A stretch of 64,000 nucleotides of DNA. It comes from an uncultured Ruficoccus sp. Its GTDB lineage: Bacteria; Verrucomicrobiota; Verrucomicrobiia; Opitutales; Cerasicoccaceae. The translations under genes were made by a program, and so were the position numbers. Positions within the stretch are counted from its first letter, which is position 1; each line of letters opens with the position of its first letter. Of this stretch, positions 19,465 to 29,878 are shown one piece after another. The notes beneath the pieces were generated by a model. That model ran no database searches, was not told where the DNA came from, and saw only the letters and a program-made list of their open reading frames with translations. Location: positions 180,289 through 244,288 of the forward strand of contig OZ223514.1 of assembly GCA_965140785.1 (NCBI GenBank), written 5' to 3'.

Positions 19465-20634
19465 ATGATGAATCATAAAACTTCGTTTCTTTACCCTCTG
19501 GTTGGCTTGGCTCTGACTGTGGCCGCTCCTCTCTCTGCCCAGTCGACTTTCGATTTGAGCGCTCTTAACAGCGCCAATGTTTCCGATCCGGCCCGATATA
19601 TTGTTCTGTCCGGTTCAGCAACAACTCCTTCGGAGGGGGACGCGATCACCATCGTGCAGACCGACGGCATCACCTCATCTGCGCAGTTATCCATGTCCTC
19701 GAGTCGCAATATCGAAACCTTCACCTACGGGACTTCGGATGGCGGTCTGGACGTCACTCGCGAGATACTGGTCCGAGGCAGCGGCTCGAGTGTAAAGACG
19801 CTGGGCATCAGCGGAAACCTGACCAAGTACGACAGTGGCACCTTGTCTTTTCGCAACCACAACAACTCGGATCTCCACGTTAACATTGACGGTAATGTGG
19901 ACCTCTATAACGGCACGATGACCTTTGGCACGGATTCTGCCACCTATCGCGGGATGGGCTCTCTGAGTGTCGGCGGAAACACCACCGTCCACAACGGAGC
20001 CCTCAACTTTATCCAGTTGAGCCAGGGAACCCTGGGCAATCTGACGCTGGCCGGTGGTACGATGAATATGCAAATGGGAAGCTCTTTGAGCACCGGCCTG
20101 GTAACCGTGCAGTCCAACAGCATCCTTTCGGCCGAGAGCGGCAACATTTCCCTGCAAGCGGGTGCGAGCCTCGTTGTCGAAAACAACGGCCTCATCACGC
20201 CTGAAGATGGCACCATGATCCTGAATGGTGCCAATACGGACAGCTCGATCCTCGTTATGGAAAGTGGGGCGCACATGTCCTTCGTGCTGGGACCGGATAA
20301 CGCCAGTGGAAAGATTGAGTTCTGGAACTACGCCGGCCCCTCGGACATGGTTCTGAATAACACGGTGATGGACTTCAGCGGTGCTGAAGAGGGCACCTAC
20401 ACACTGTTCACATTCTTTTCGGACGACGGCACTATTGTCGCCTCGAGTGGCATCGATTCCGGTCTCACGGTGGGCAGCGGACTCGAAGACTATAGCTACG
20501 AGATCAATTACAATGATAATTCGATTACCCTGACGGTTTCAGCAATCCCGGAAGCCCGTATGAGCGCCCCCTTGGGCATTGTTTTGATCCTTATGCTTGG
20601 CTGGTTGCACCGCCGTTCATCGAAGAGTCACTGA
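19465..20634 (+). CDS. PEP-CTERM protein with autotransporter-passenger-like beta-strand repeats
   Basis: Start at MMNHKTS with signal peptide; G/S/T/N-rich repeats (LTKYDSGTL); C-terminal IPE...LGIVLILMLGWLHRR. Confidence 0.8.
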   Translation: MMNHKTSFLYPLVGLALTVAAPLSAQSTFDLSALNSANVSDPARYIVLSGSATTPSEGDAITIVQTDGITSSAQLSMSSSRNIETFTYGTSDGGLDVTREILVRGSGSSVKTLGISGNLTKYDSGTLSFRNHNNSDLHVNIDGNVDLYNGTMTFGTDSATYRGMGSLSVGGNTTVHNGALNFIQLSQGTLGNLTLAGGTMNMQMGSSLSTGLVTVQSNSILSAESGNISLQAGASLVVENNGLITPEDGTMILNGANTDSSILVMESGAHMSFVLGPDNASGKIEFWNYAGPSDMVLNNTVMDFSGAEEGTYTLFTFFSDDGTIVASSGIDSGLTVGSGLEDYSYEINYNDNSITLTVSAIPEARMSAPLGIVLILMLGWLHRRSSKSH

Positions 20635-20743
20635 TCATCCTCCTCGCCATCTCTCCTTCCCCTGTTTTCTCCGATTGCGGAAGCGGAGCACTGAGTACGC
20701 CCGCTTCCGCAATCGAGGCCCCTCCACTCACTGACCTAAGACG

Positions 20744-21412
20744 ATGCGCTCTACCCCGACATTTACGCGAAACGCAGGCTTCTCCCTGATTGAACTCCTG
20801 TGTGTCATCGCTGTCATCGCGACCTTGACAGCGATTTTGATTCCGGCCGTGTCTGTGGTATCCAGGAGGGCCGATGATACGAAATGCCGCGGTTCCCTGC
20901 ACCACTGGGGGGTTGCCATGCAACTGTACGCCCTCGATCATGAGGGACGGCTGCCGGGACCCAGTTACGCCAATATTCTTCCGACGGCACTGGCGGAAAA
21001 CAACCGCCATCTCTTTGCCTATCTGGCGCCCTATATGGGGCTCATCAATTCGCGGGATAGCACCCTGCCTCTGGAATACTACTGCCCGGGTTGGCTGCGG
21101 GAGGCTGAGGGGACGACCGGCCCGGTCTACTACCTTTACAACCGCGCCATCTCCCTGGGTGATGAAGCGCAGACCACTGTTTTTCCCTTCGGACAAACAA
21201 CCGGCAATGTGCCGGGCATGAAGCTGGCTTATCTGCAGACTCTGGTCGATTCGTCGAAAACCATTGCCATGATGGACATTGATGGAGCCATGATGTCAAG
21301 TGGCGCGAAAGCCAGCTATGGTGACCAGGTTCCTCAGGAGCCCGTTCACGGGGAACACCGCAATGTCCTATTCCTGGACTGGAGCGTCGGCACAAAACCC
21401 GTTTCCCAGTAA
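20744..21412 (+). CDS. Prepilin-type N-terminal cleavage/methylation protein with H-X9-DG-like C-terminus
   Basis: G|FSLIELLCVIAVIATLTAILIP; C-terminal HGEHRNVLFLDW (H-X9-DW variant). Confidence 0.85.
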   Translation: MRSTPTFTRNAGFSLIELLCVIAVIATLTAILIPAVSVVSRRADDTKCRGSLHHWGVAMQLYALDHEGRLPGPSYANILPTALAENNRHLFAYLAPYMGLINSRDSTLPLEYYCPGWLREAEGTTGPVYYLYNRAISLGDEAQTTVFPFGQTTGNVPGMKLAYLQTLVDSSKTIAMMDIDGAMMSSGAKASYGDQVPQEPVHGEHRNVLFLDWSVGTKPVSQ

Positions 21413-21444
21413 AGACGGCGTCCACCATTTTTTATATTTCTGTC

Positions 21445-23259
21445 ATGTTTGATAAACGCTTATTCAAAGGATGTCTGCTGGGCGGAGTCATGGGCTGCGT
21501 TGCCATCATTTTGTGTTCGTGCAAGACCACGGCCACGGCTCAGTCCATGCAGCCACAGACGGTGGTGTACGACGTGTATCCGGGGCCGGCTCAGGCGATC
21601 AGCGACGCTGTGGCCCAGGCCAACCCCGGCGACCGGATCCAGCTTCATCCCGGTGTTTATACCGGGACGGTTGAGATCAGCCGCAGGGGTGCTCCCGAGA
21701 GGCCCATCGTTATCTCCGGCCGTGTGCCGGGTAGTAGCGAATGGGCGATGATCGATGGTGGAGCCGAGCCCGGCATGGGCTTGCATAATGAGGCGTTCAG
21801 GATCGCTGATTCATCGTGGATTCGGATTGAAGACCTGGATATAGAAAACTGCTGGACCGATGTTTTTGTCCTGCAGGATTCCAGCTATATCTCTGTCGTG
21901 CGCTGTGCAGTTGACGGTGGGCGGACTATGGTCGCCGCCCACGGTGCGGCCTCACACCATATCCTGGTTGAAGGCTGCGCGTGGATTCAGGATGAGCTTG
22001 TCTATACGACCTGGCCCTGGGTGGAGCTTCATCATGGGGCTTACAAGTATTATAACGGCGGGATTTACGGTGGCTCGGATGCCGCCGGCAGTGCCGTTAT
22101 CCGGGGCAACGACGTCGGCTACGTCTTTAACGGCCTGCGGTGGTGGATGAGCGATGAGGATGCGGTGACCCAGCGCGCCCAGAGTAACATTGAAATTTAC
22201 GATAATGACTTCCACCACGCCCGCGATAACATCATCGAACCGGAGCGCTATGCCTGGAACCTGCAGATCTATCACAACCGAATGGACTCATGCCCCCGGG
22301 GGGTCTTCTCCATCGATAAGGTGCTGGGCGGCAACATCAATGTCTATGGGAATACCGGTCGCTGGGAGCGAGATGGTGCCATCGAGGAAAAGCCATGGAC
22401 GATTTACAAGTTTCATAATTACCGGCCGGAGCAAGCTGCTTGGGAGTTAACTTCTCCACTGAATATTTATAACAACAGCTGGTCGTATACCTACGCATTC
22501 GTTCCCAGCAGTTCCCACAAGGCGAATGATAATGTCATTCATTACAACAATGCCTATGTGTTTGTTAATGCTACCTCTAGTATGGGCTTGATCGACTGGT
22601 GGGGGAAGGATTGCATCTTTGACTACGATATGGCGGCTGCTCCCTGGCATGCCGATCTGATTGCCGACGGTTACGAGCAGCATGGCTATCCCGATACCGA
22701 TCCAGATTTTGTTTCAGAGCCCGATAATGATTTCAGGTTGTCGGCTGGGAGTCCGGCCATTGACGCGGGGCGAGTGATCGACGGCTTCACCCTCTGGTAT
22801 CTCGGTGACGGGCCCGACATTGGCGCCTACGAAGGCGATATGCGTGTCTATGGCATGCCCTTCTACTACCAGACGCCGCCGGGGGGAGACTCCTACGTGG
22901 AAAAGCCGCGCATTGTCCGCGTATTCTCCAAGGGATCGAAGCTGGCACTCTTTTTCTCAACCGATCTTGACGAGAGCACGCTGAGCGAAGACACCCTCTC
23001 GATAACTGCCAACGATGGAACCTCGCTTGATATTCAGGAGGTGAGCTTTCCTGTTTGGGGCCGTGTGGCGGTGCTCCAACTGGAGGACCCCTTGCCCGCA
23101 GCGGCCGAGGATCTGGATATTGAATTCATCACCCTGCCTAAGAGCACCTCGGGTGCAGATGCCACCCTGTGGGCCTCCGATCTGCGAATCGTGCGTATCC
23201 CACAAAACGCGGTCCTGACGCCAGATATGGCCACTTTGTTTTCCGAGAGTGGATCCTGA
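21445..23259 (+). CDS. Beta-helix (pectate lyase-like/DUF1565-like) probable lipoprotein
   Basis: Possible lipobox (ILCSC), AQANPGDRIQLHPGVY N-terminus and DFRLSAGSPAIDAG...PDIGAYE motif of beta-helix proteins. Confidence 0.7.
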   Translation: MFDKRLFKGCLLGGVMGCVAIILCSCKTTATAQSMQPQTVVYDVYPGPAQAISDAVAQANPGDRIQLHPGVYTGTVEISRRGAPERPIVISGRVPGSSEWAMIDGGAEPGMGLHNEAFRIADSSWIRIEDLDIENCWTDVFVLQDSSYISVVRCAVDGGRTMVAAHGAASHHILVEGCAWIQDELVYTTWPWVELHHGAYKYYNGGIYGGSDAAGSAVIRGNDVGYVFNGLRWWMSDEDAVTQRAQSNIEIYDNDFHHARDNIIEPERYAWNLQIYHNRMDSCPRGVFSIDKVLGGNINVYGNTGRWERDGAIEEKPWTIYKFHNYRPEQAAWELTSPLNIYNNSWSYTYAFVPSSSHKANDNVIHYNNAYVFVNATSSMGLIDWWGKDCIFDYDMAAAPWHADLIADGYEQHGYPDTDPDFVSEPDNDFRLSAGSPAIDAGRVIDGFTLWYLGDGPDIGAYEGDMRVYGMPFYYQTPPGGDSYVEKPRIVRVFSKGSKLALFFSTDLDESTLSEDTLSITANDGTSLDIQEVSFPVWGRVAVLQLEDPLPAAAEDLDIEFITLPKSTSGADATLWASDLRIVRIPQNAVLTPDMATLFSESGS

Positions 23260-23290
23260 GCGGGACGGTAACTCCGTAGCTTTCAAAATA

Positions 23291-24475
23291 ATGTCTACAA
23301 CTATTCCTACCGTCTGCATCATTGGCATCACCGGCTTTGGCAATGCGCACCTGAAATCCCTCTACGCACTTGAAGCCGATCATGTACTGAAAATTGGAGC
23401 GGCGACGGTCATCAACCGACCGCAGGCGGAGGCGGACTGCACCCGACTCGAATCGCTCGGCTGCATGATCTATTCGGATTATACCGAGATGCTGCGCCAG
23501 GAGAGAGGCCGCTGCGAGCTGTGCATCATCCCGACCGGGATCCCCTGGCACTGTCCCATGACCGTAGCCGCTCTCGAAGCCGGCTACCATGTCTATGTGG
23601 AGAAGCCGGCCGCCGCGCTGCTTGGGGATGTTGACACGATGATCGCGGCCCGGGACCGGGCGGGTAAGCATGTCTATGTTGGTTTTCAGGACCTGTTTAT
23701 GGATATCACCCGGACGGTCAAGCAGCGCATTCTGGACGGTGAGATCGGCGAGCTTAAGGAGGTCCGTGTCAGTGCGTCGTGGCCACGTCCGTATACTTAC
23801 TACCAGCGCAACGATTGGGCGGGAAAAATCCGGATCGGTGCCACGAGTATCTACGATTCTCCGGCCAATAATGCATTCTCCCACTACCTGATGGCCGCGT
23901 TCTATTTCGCGGGTACAGAGATTGACGGCATTGCCGAGTACGAGTCCTTTGAGGCGGAGCTGTTCCGGGTGCAAAGTATTGAAAGTTTCGATACGATCTC
24001 GACACGCATTCGCACCAAGTCCGGTGTCAATATTCTGTATACGGTTTCCTTGAGCGGGGGAGAAGTGCTCGGCCCGTATATGAATTTTTACGGAAGCCGG
24101 GGAAGTATCCGCTGGCGCATTGATAGCGGTTATCGCTTCGAGAAGACGGGTGAGTTTCTGGAGACACGGGCACCCGAGGCTGTCCGCGAGGATGCCTACC
24201 GCAAGGTGCTGGCCACCTTTCGCACCCCGCTTGCGATCGGATGCCGTTTGGAGATGGCCCGCGAGCACACGCGCTTTATCAATGATCTTCACGCATCCAT
24301 TCCGATTCAGGATGTCCACTTGGAGTACACCGCGGAGGTCGATAGCTCCAGGGGCATGATGCGAGCAGTGCCGGGTATGCATGAGGCTATTGTCCGCTCA
24401 CAGGAGCAGAATTGCCTGCTCTCGGAACTGGGTCTTCCCTGGACCATGGGCCAACGAATTTCGGAAAAAGTCTAG
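23291..24475 (+). CDS. Gfo/Idh/MocA family oxidoreductase
   Basis: IIGITGFG and HVYVEKP motifs; start at MSTTIP. Confidence 0.85.
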   Translation: MSTTIPTVCIIGITGFGNAHLKSLYALEADHVLKIGAATVINRPQAEADCTRLESLGCMIYSDYTEMLRQERGRCELCIIPTGIPWHCPMTVAALEAGYHVYVEKPAAALLGDVDTMIAARDRAGKHVYVGFQDLFMDITRTVKQRILDGEIGELKEVRVSASWPRPYTYYQRNDWAGKIRIGATSIYDSPANNAFSHYLMAAFYFAGTEIDGIAEYESFEAELFRVQSIESFDTISTRIRTKSGVNILYTVSLSGGEVLGPYMNFYGSRGSIRWRIDSGYRFEKTGEFLETRAPEAVREDAYRKVLATFRTPLAIGCRLEMAREHTRFINDLHASIPIQDVHLEYTAEVDSSRGMMRAVPGMHEAIVRSQEQNCLLSELGLPWTMGQRISEKV

Positions 24476-24555
24476 GCTGGTCCCTTTTGGCCTGCCCGCC
24501 AACATGTAGTTTTTCTTTTACTGACTTTCCCTTCATACCTTTAAGATAACTTTAT

Positions 24556-26127
24556 ATGCAGTTTACCGTGCATGCCCAGGAGACAGACCGGCCAAACCGG
24601 GGATTTTGGCGGGCGATTGGCTACGATTTTATGTTCAAGCTGACCCATGAGCCGGAGGGGCAGTACCTGCTGGACAGGGCGCGCAAGCACGGGACTATCC
24701 AGTACATCCGTTCGCATTTCACTTTCAACAACCAGGACGCGACAGCGGACAAAAAGGCCGGGGGAAATGTCTGTGGGCAGGTGATGAGCTTCGGCACGGA
24801 CGGGACCGTCAGCTATGACTTCAGCCGGGTCAACCGGACCTTTCAGGAATATGTCAAGCGCGGCATGAAGCCGATCGTCGAGTTCGACTTTTTCCCGGAC
24901 GGCATGTGCTACGACGAGCAGGAGGCCGCCAATGACGAGGGCTTCAGCATTAAAAGCGGACTCATCAAGGACTGGGGACTGTGGCGGCAGTTGCTGGAGC
25001 GTTTCATGCAGAATCTCGAAGCAACCTTTGGCAAGGAGGAGCTGCGGACCTGGTACTTCGAGGTCTGGAACGAGCCGGACGTGTGGGAAGGGGAGCATCA
25101 GCAGCAACTTTTTCATCTCTACGATGTCTTTGCCGATGTCGTTAAATCCCATGACAGCGGCTATCGTATCGGCGGACCCGCCTGCTATAATTTCTATGCG
25201 CTCAAGGATTTTCTCGACCATATCACTCAGGGCGTGAATTTCGTCACGGGCGAGGTCGGCAGTCCCATCGATTTCATCTCCCATCACATTTACGGGGTCT
25301 CCGGCAACTGGCTGGCTCAGGGGCCCGAGATCGTTCCCCAGGTAAATCGCTTTTCCTCGGAAGTGCTTTGGTGGTATCGCTTGTTGAGGCGCTATCCTTC
25401 GCTCAGCCACGTCGAGCATCACCTCAATGAGTGGGGCGTTTGTTCCCATGGGGATACGAAGTTTGTCGATCAGTTCCCGCAGCTCGAATACCGCAACAGC
25501 GAATATTCGGCCCTGTTCCTGGTCAAGCTGGTGGACTGTCTCAAAAGCATCGAAGAGGCTTACGGATTTCGCACCGATCTGCTGCTTTACTGGGGCGCGT
25601 GTTGGAATGCCGGCATCCCCAATATGTTTCTGGGGTCGCGCGACCTGACCACCACCGGCAATGTGCCCAAGCCTATCCTGACCGGCTGGGAAATGCTGAG
25701 CAGGTTGGGAGAGGACTTCCTGAAGGTTGACGGCCCCCGGTGCGGGGGGCGGCTGGGGCTGCTCGCCGCCGCGAACGCCCAGGGCTGCCAGCTGCTGGCC
25801 TATAATTTCAACGAAACCGATGACGACCCTGGGCGGGAAGATGATGTAACGATCGAGCTTGATCAGCTCAAAGCGGGCCGCAGCTACGAGGTTCGGGAAA
25901 CCCGTTTGGACAAGGATCATCACAATACTTACCGGCAGTGGCAGCGTCTCGGTTCCGAGGTGAACCCCGGCCGCGAGCTTCTTGCTACCTTGATGCGTAC
26001 CGCGGAGCTGGACGCCGACGCAGTCCTGAGCGCCAACTCCGATGAAAGCGGGCGCCTGAAGCTGAGCCGGGGTATTCCCCGGCATGGCCTGTTACTGCTG
26101 GAGATCAGTGAACGCGTATCCGCCTGA
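24556..26127 (+). CDS. Glycoside hydrolase, GH39-like (clan A)
   Basis: WYFEVWNEPD acid/base motif, IGGPA, DFISHHIY and LNEW nucleophile region. Confidence 0.8.
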   Translation: MQFTVHAQETDRPNRGFWRAIGYDFMFKLTHEPEGQYLLDRARKHGTIQYIRSHFTFNNQDATADKKAGGNVCGQVMSFGTDGTVSYDFSRVNRTFQEYVKRGMKPIVEFDFFPDGMCYDEQEAANDEGFSIKSGLIKDWGLWRQLLERFMQNLEATFGKEELRTWYFEVWNEPDVWEGEHQQQLFHLYDVFADVVKSHDSGYRIGGPACYNFYALKDFLDHITQGVNFVTGEVGSPIDFISHHIYGVSGNWLAQGPEIVPQVNRFSSEVLWWYRLLRRYPSLSHVEHHLNEWGVCSHGDTKFVDQFPQLEYRNSEYSALFLVKLVDCLKSIEEAYGFRTDLLLYWGACWNAGIPNMFLGSRDLTTTGNVPKPILTGWEMLSRLGEDFLKVDGPRCGGRLGLLAAANAQGCQLLAYNFNETDDDPGREDDVTIELDQLKAGRSYEVRETRLDKDHHNTYRQWQRLGSEVNPGRELLATLMRTAELDADAVLSANSDESGRLKLSRGIPRHGLLLLEISERVSA

Positions 26128-26159
26128 GCCATTAGCCATTTTGACCCCCTTGATGACGG

Positions 26160-27248
26160 ATGATAGACGCGACTCCCCCCACCGATAAATTCGAATTCCA
26201 TAATGCGCATTTGTGGCCGCTGCCGGGAGGCAAATGGCAGTTGGCGCGTTATCCCTATGCGATACTGCACCAACTCAACGAGAAAGCGCCCGCCCGGGCC
26301 ATGGATTCTTGCGGGATCGAGATACGCTTCACGACGCCGGCCCCCGAGTGCCGACTTACGCTCAGTTGCGAGAATCAGGATGGGGAGCTTTATATTTACC
26401 GGGGGGCGTTCCTCATCCGGACGCAAACTCTGAAAAAAGGTGTTCCCACGGTGGTAGAACTCCTGCCACCCGAAGCTATGGAGGAGGCTACGGATGAGGC
26501 GTTGGCGGTTGGAGGTTTTTCAAAAAACCTATACCGGCTATTGCTCGGGCGGGGCTGTTTTATTTTTCATCACTACGAAAGTTTCGGTTACGCGCTACGC
26601 CCCCCAGGGCCCGATGAGGGGCCTGCGATAAAATGGCTGGCCTACGGCTCGTCGATCACACACTCCAACCCGCTCGGATATCCCTATCATGCTGCGAGGC
26701 TGCTGCATTGGAATGTTTATGGTAAAGGTCTTTCGGCGTCCTGCCATATCGATCAGGCGGCGGTCGATTATCTGGCCGCGTATGCGGCCCAGAAGCGGAT
26801 GGATGTCATCACGGCTGAACTGGGCGTGAACATGCGCAACCGCTATGGCGTGGATGAGTTCACCCGGCGGGCTTCCTACTTTATCCGGACGGTTCGCCAG
26901 GCCAATCCGTGCACGCCCCTCGTGCTGATCACTGCCTTTACGAACAGCGGACACCATCCCCGCGACACTTCGGTGCAGCGTTTTGCCAATCAGCGTGCCT
27001 ACGACGCTTCCCTTCGTCGGTTGCATCAGGAGGCGCAGGATCCGTACCTGCACCTGATTGAAGGGACTGAGCTGCTTCCGGATTTTTCCTTACTCAAGGC
27101 GGACGTCCTGCACCCTTCACCCACCGGAGAGGCGCTGATGGGGTATTTGCTGGCCGACCGTCTTCGGTCTCTGCTTAAGCAAAATCGCCATGCGATGCCC
27201 CCTGAAACCTTCAGCCCCTCCGCGGCTTCAGCTGAGCCGCGATCATGA
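26160..27248 (+). CDS. SGNH/GDSL hydrolase
   Basis: AYGSSITH, ELGVN and DVLHP motifs. Confidence 0.75.
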   Translation: MIDATPPTDKFEFHNAHLWPLPGGKWQLARYPYAILHQLNEKAPARAMDSCGIEIRFTTPAPECRLTLSCENQDGELYIYRGAFLIRTQTLKKGVPTVVELLPPEAMEEATDEALAVGGFSKNLYRLLLGRGCFIFHHYESFGYALRPPGPDEGPAIKWLAYGSSITHSNPLGYPYHAARLLHWNVYGKGLSASCHIDQAAVDYLAAYAAQKRMDVITAELGVNMRNRYGVDEFTRRASYFIRTVRQANPCTPLVLITAFTNSGHHPRDTSVQRFANQRAYDASLRRLHQEAQDPYLHLIEGTELLPDFSLLKADVLHPSPTGEALMGYLLADRLRSLLKQNRHAMPPETFSPSAASAEPRS

Positions 27249-27283
27249 CCGCTCGAAGGTTTGTTAAAGCTGGATCGTGGTGA

Positions 27284-27607
27284 TTGCGGCTCAGACTGGA
27301 ACAGGCGATAAGGGAGGCGCGGCGTCTTGGCTATAAGTCCAACCCCTTGGCCACCGCATTGATGACCTACCGCTCCCGGCGGCAGCTACTGGATGAAACC
27401 GGACTGCCCGCAGGAAGGCGACCCGTGCTGTTTAATTTGGGCTGTTACACTCAGGACGATGACACGCCGGGTATCTATCAGGATTATGAATCGATGGGGG
27501 TGACCGCCATCGAGCAACTGATCGGTATGGTTTTGCGCGCCGAGCGCGGCATACCGGTTCGGAGTATCCGCACGCAGGTTTCCGGCATTTGGGTCCCCGG
27601 CCACTAG
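27284..27607 (+). pseudogene. LacI-family regulator remnant with an internal deletion
   Basis: Hinge segment ARRLGYKSNPLATALM is joined directly to a C-terminal segment (GIYQDYESMG...ERGIP...SGIW); compare the intact LacI at 41166-42212. No HTH and no good start codon. Confidence 0.6.
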
Positions 27608-27836
27608 GGCCTGTCCGCAAACCTGCCCAGGTCACATCCTCGTGTCTGTTTGGGTCTGAATTTCGTGTCCTCAGCTCGACAATTCTTGATTGATTCGCCT
27701 TTGGCTCAGGGGGTTGCCCCAAATGCTCAGCATTCGCCCATCTGCACTTCGCTCCGTCACCGCGTCTCAAAACCTCAATCCAGCCTCGAAAAATCACTCA
27801 TTTTTCCATCTTTTCCGTTTGCCTGACCCGGCCCTA
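27605..27836. mobile_element. Candidate MITE (about 230 bp, imperfect terminal inverted repeats, TA at both ends)
   Basis: Left TAGGGCCTGTCCGCAAAC; reverse complement of right end TAGGGCCGGGTCAGGCAAAC; no convincing coding interior. Confidence 0.4.
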
Positions 27837-27969
27837 ATTGCCTGGCGCAACAACGGGACGGCACACCGGGCAGAGCATGGTACATCCACCCTCATCGAAG
27901 CTTCCGGTAGTTCACTCCACGGGCCGATCGGGATCGAGCGTGGTGTCGAATGTTAGCTAGTGAGGAAAG

Positions 27970-29526
27970 TCAGCTGTCGTCGCCACGGTCATGGGCCTTC
28001 TTACCGATCAGTGAGCAGCGATAGAGATCCTTACGGCGGTTTTTCAGGATTTGTACCGAGCCGTGGGAATGGAGCTGTTTCAGGCTTGGCAGGTGTACGT
28101 CGGCGATGAGCGTCATCTCGGTGTTCGGTGTACACTCGGCCTTGACCCCGTTCTCGGGAAAGGCGAAGTCACTCGGCGTGAAGATCGCGCTCTGGGCGTA
28201 GGAAATATCCATGTTGTGTACGCGGGGAAGGTTGCCCACGCACCCGGCGATGACCACGTAGCACTCGTTTTCAATGGCGCGCGCGCGGGCGCAACTGCGC
28301 ACGCGGTTGTAGCCGTTTTGCGTGTCGGTCTGGAAGGGAACGAACAGGATCTGCATGCCCTGGTCAGCCATGATGCGCGAGAGCTCCGGGAACTCCACGT
28401 CGTAGCAGACCTGGATGCCAATGATGCCGGCGTCGGTTTCATAGGTGCGTACCTGATCGCCGCCGGCCATGGCGAAGCGACTCGTCTCGTCCGGGGTGGT
28501 GTGGACCTTATAAATGTTTTCCATCGTGCCGTCGCGGCGGCATAGCACGGAAAGGTTGCGCAGCTTACCGTCCTTGCCGATCTCCGGCATGGTACCGGCG
28601 ATGATGTTGACATTGTAGCTCATGGCGAGTTCGCGCAGCTTATCCTTGAGTTGCTGGGTATAGCCGGCTAACCCGCGGATGGCCTCGACTTCGCTCAGTT
28701 CGTTGAACTCGGCCATGAGCGGCGCGCAGAAGTATTCCGGAAAAATACAAAAATCGCTTTCATAATCGCTGACCGCATCGACGAAATACTCCACATGCTG
28801 CAAGAGCGTATCGATCGAGGGGAGGGAGCGCATCTGCCACTGCACGACGCCGATACGGACATCCTCCTTGGTCGCGCCGACGAGGATTTCATTTTTTTCG
28901 TAATGGATGTTGATCCATTCCAGCAGCGTGGCGTAGCTGCGGCTCTGCTCGTCCTCCGGATCGTAGCCCCGCAGGATCTTTTTGACATGAAAGTCGTTTG
29001 AGAGTTGGAAATTGAGGGTCGGGTCGTGAATCTCGCGCTCGCGGACCTTGTCAATGTACTGGCGCGGGCTCAGCTTCTTGGCGTACTGGGCGTACTTGGG
29101 GATGCGCCCCCCGGCGATGATGGCGCGCAGGTTCAGGTTCTCACAAAGCTCCTTGCGCGCATCGTAGAGACGGCGACCGAGGCGCAGGTCGCGAAAGTCC
29201 GGGTGTACGAAGACCTCGATGCCGTAGAGCACATCGCCGTTGGCGTCGTGGGTGGTAAACTTGTAGTCGCCGGTAATCTGCTTGTAGGTGTGCTTGTCGC
29301 CGTACTTGTCGTAATCGACGATGATGGCCAGGGCGATGGCGACGACCCGGCCATCGGCTTCGATGCACAGTTGTCCCTCCGGGAACATTTTGATTAACCG
29401 TTCGATGTCCCGTTGTGACCACGGCTCGTAGTTCGCCCCGCGGTAGGCTTCGAGCATGGTTTTGCGGGTCTGCCGGTAATCTTCGGGCTGTAGGCTTCTC
29501 AGGGTGATCTGTGCGGTCTTGTCCAT
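27970..29526 (-). CDS. GNAT acetyltransferase + carbon-nitrogen hydrolase (nitrilase family) fusion
   Basis: N-terminal GNAT (FPEGQL, VHPDFRDLRLGRRLYDARK); C-terminal FPEYF, YKVH and VCYDVEFPE (E-K-C triad). Start taken at MDKTA. Confidence 0.9.
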   Translation of the reverse strand: MDKTAQITLRSLQPEDYRQTRKTMLEAYRGANYEPWSQRDIERLIKMFPEGQLCIEADGRVVAIALAIIVDYDKYGDKHTYKQITGDYKFTTHDANGDVLYGIEVFVHPDFRDLRLGRRLYDARKELCENLNLRAIIAGGRIPKYAQYAKKLSPRQYIDKVREREIHDPTLNFQLSNDFHVKKILRGYDPEDEQSRSYATLLEWINIHYEKNEILVGATKEDVRIGVVQWQMRSLPSIDTLLQHVEYFVDAVSDYESDFCIFPEYFCAPLMAEFNELSEVEAIRGLAGYTQQLKDKLRELAMSYNVNIIAGTMPEIGKDGKLRNLSVLCRRDGTMENIYKVHTTPDETSRFAMAGGDQVRTYETDAGIIGIQVCYDVEFPELSRIMADQGMQILFVPFQTDTQNGYNRVRSCARARAIENECYVVIAGCVGNLPRVHNMDISYAQSAIFTPSDFAFPENGVKAECTPNTEMTLIADVHLPSLKQLHSHGSVQILKNRRKDLYRCSLIGKKAHDRGDDS

Positions 29527-29878
29527 GCCGATACGTTGCATGCACTTGTCCGCGTCTGCAACGCAGCAAATGCTTTTCAATGGCCTCAGGAAGCCCGGGC
29601 TACGCCCTCCTTGGGCCGAAACCTTGACTCTTTCTACAACCAATACTCGGTCACATTTTCAACCGCCTGGCCTCGTGCTTGGTGCGGTGCTGTTTTGTCT
29701 CCAGACCCAGCCAAATAAGCATAACGTGCCATAGTCTGCCGACTTAGGATTTGGATTCAAGGCAAAGCACGATGGGGTGCGGGTGTTCAATCGGGAATAG
29801 CTTGCGTTCGCCCGATGGGCTGCGTAAAAACTGCTCCAGTCTGTTACGCCCATGCCCACTGTTGAAGAGCGAAAGACG

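Noticed and set aside
21756..21767. 12-bp match to the tRNA-Ala 3' end (TGGTGGAGCCGA)
   Set aside because: Lies inside an intact CDS and is short enough to be chance.
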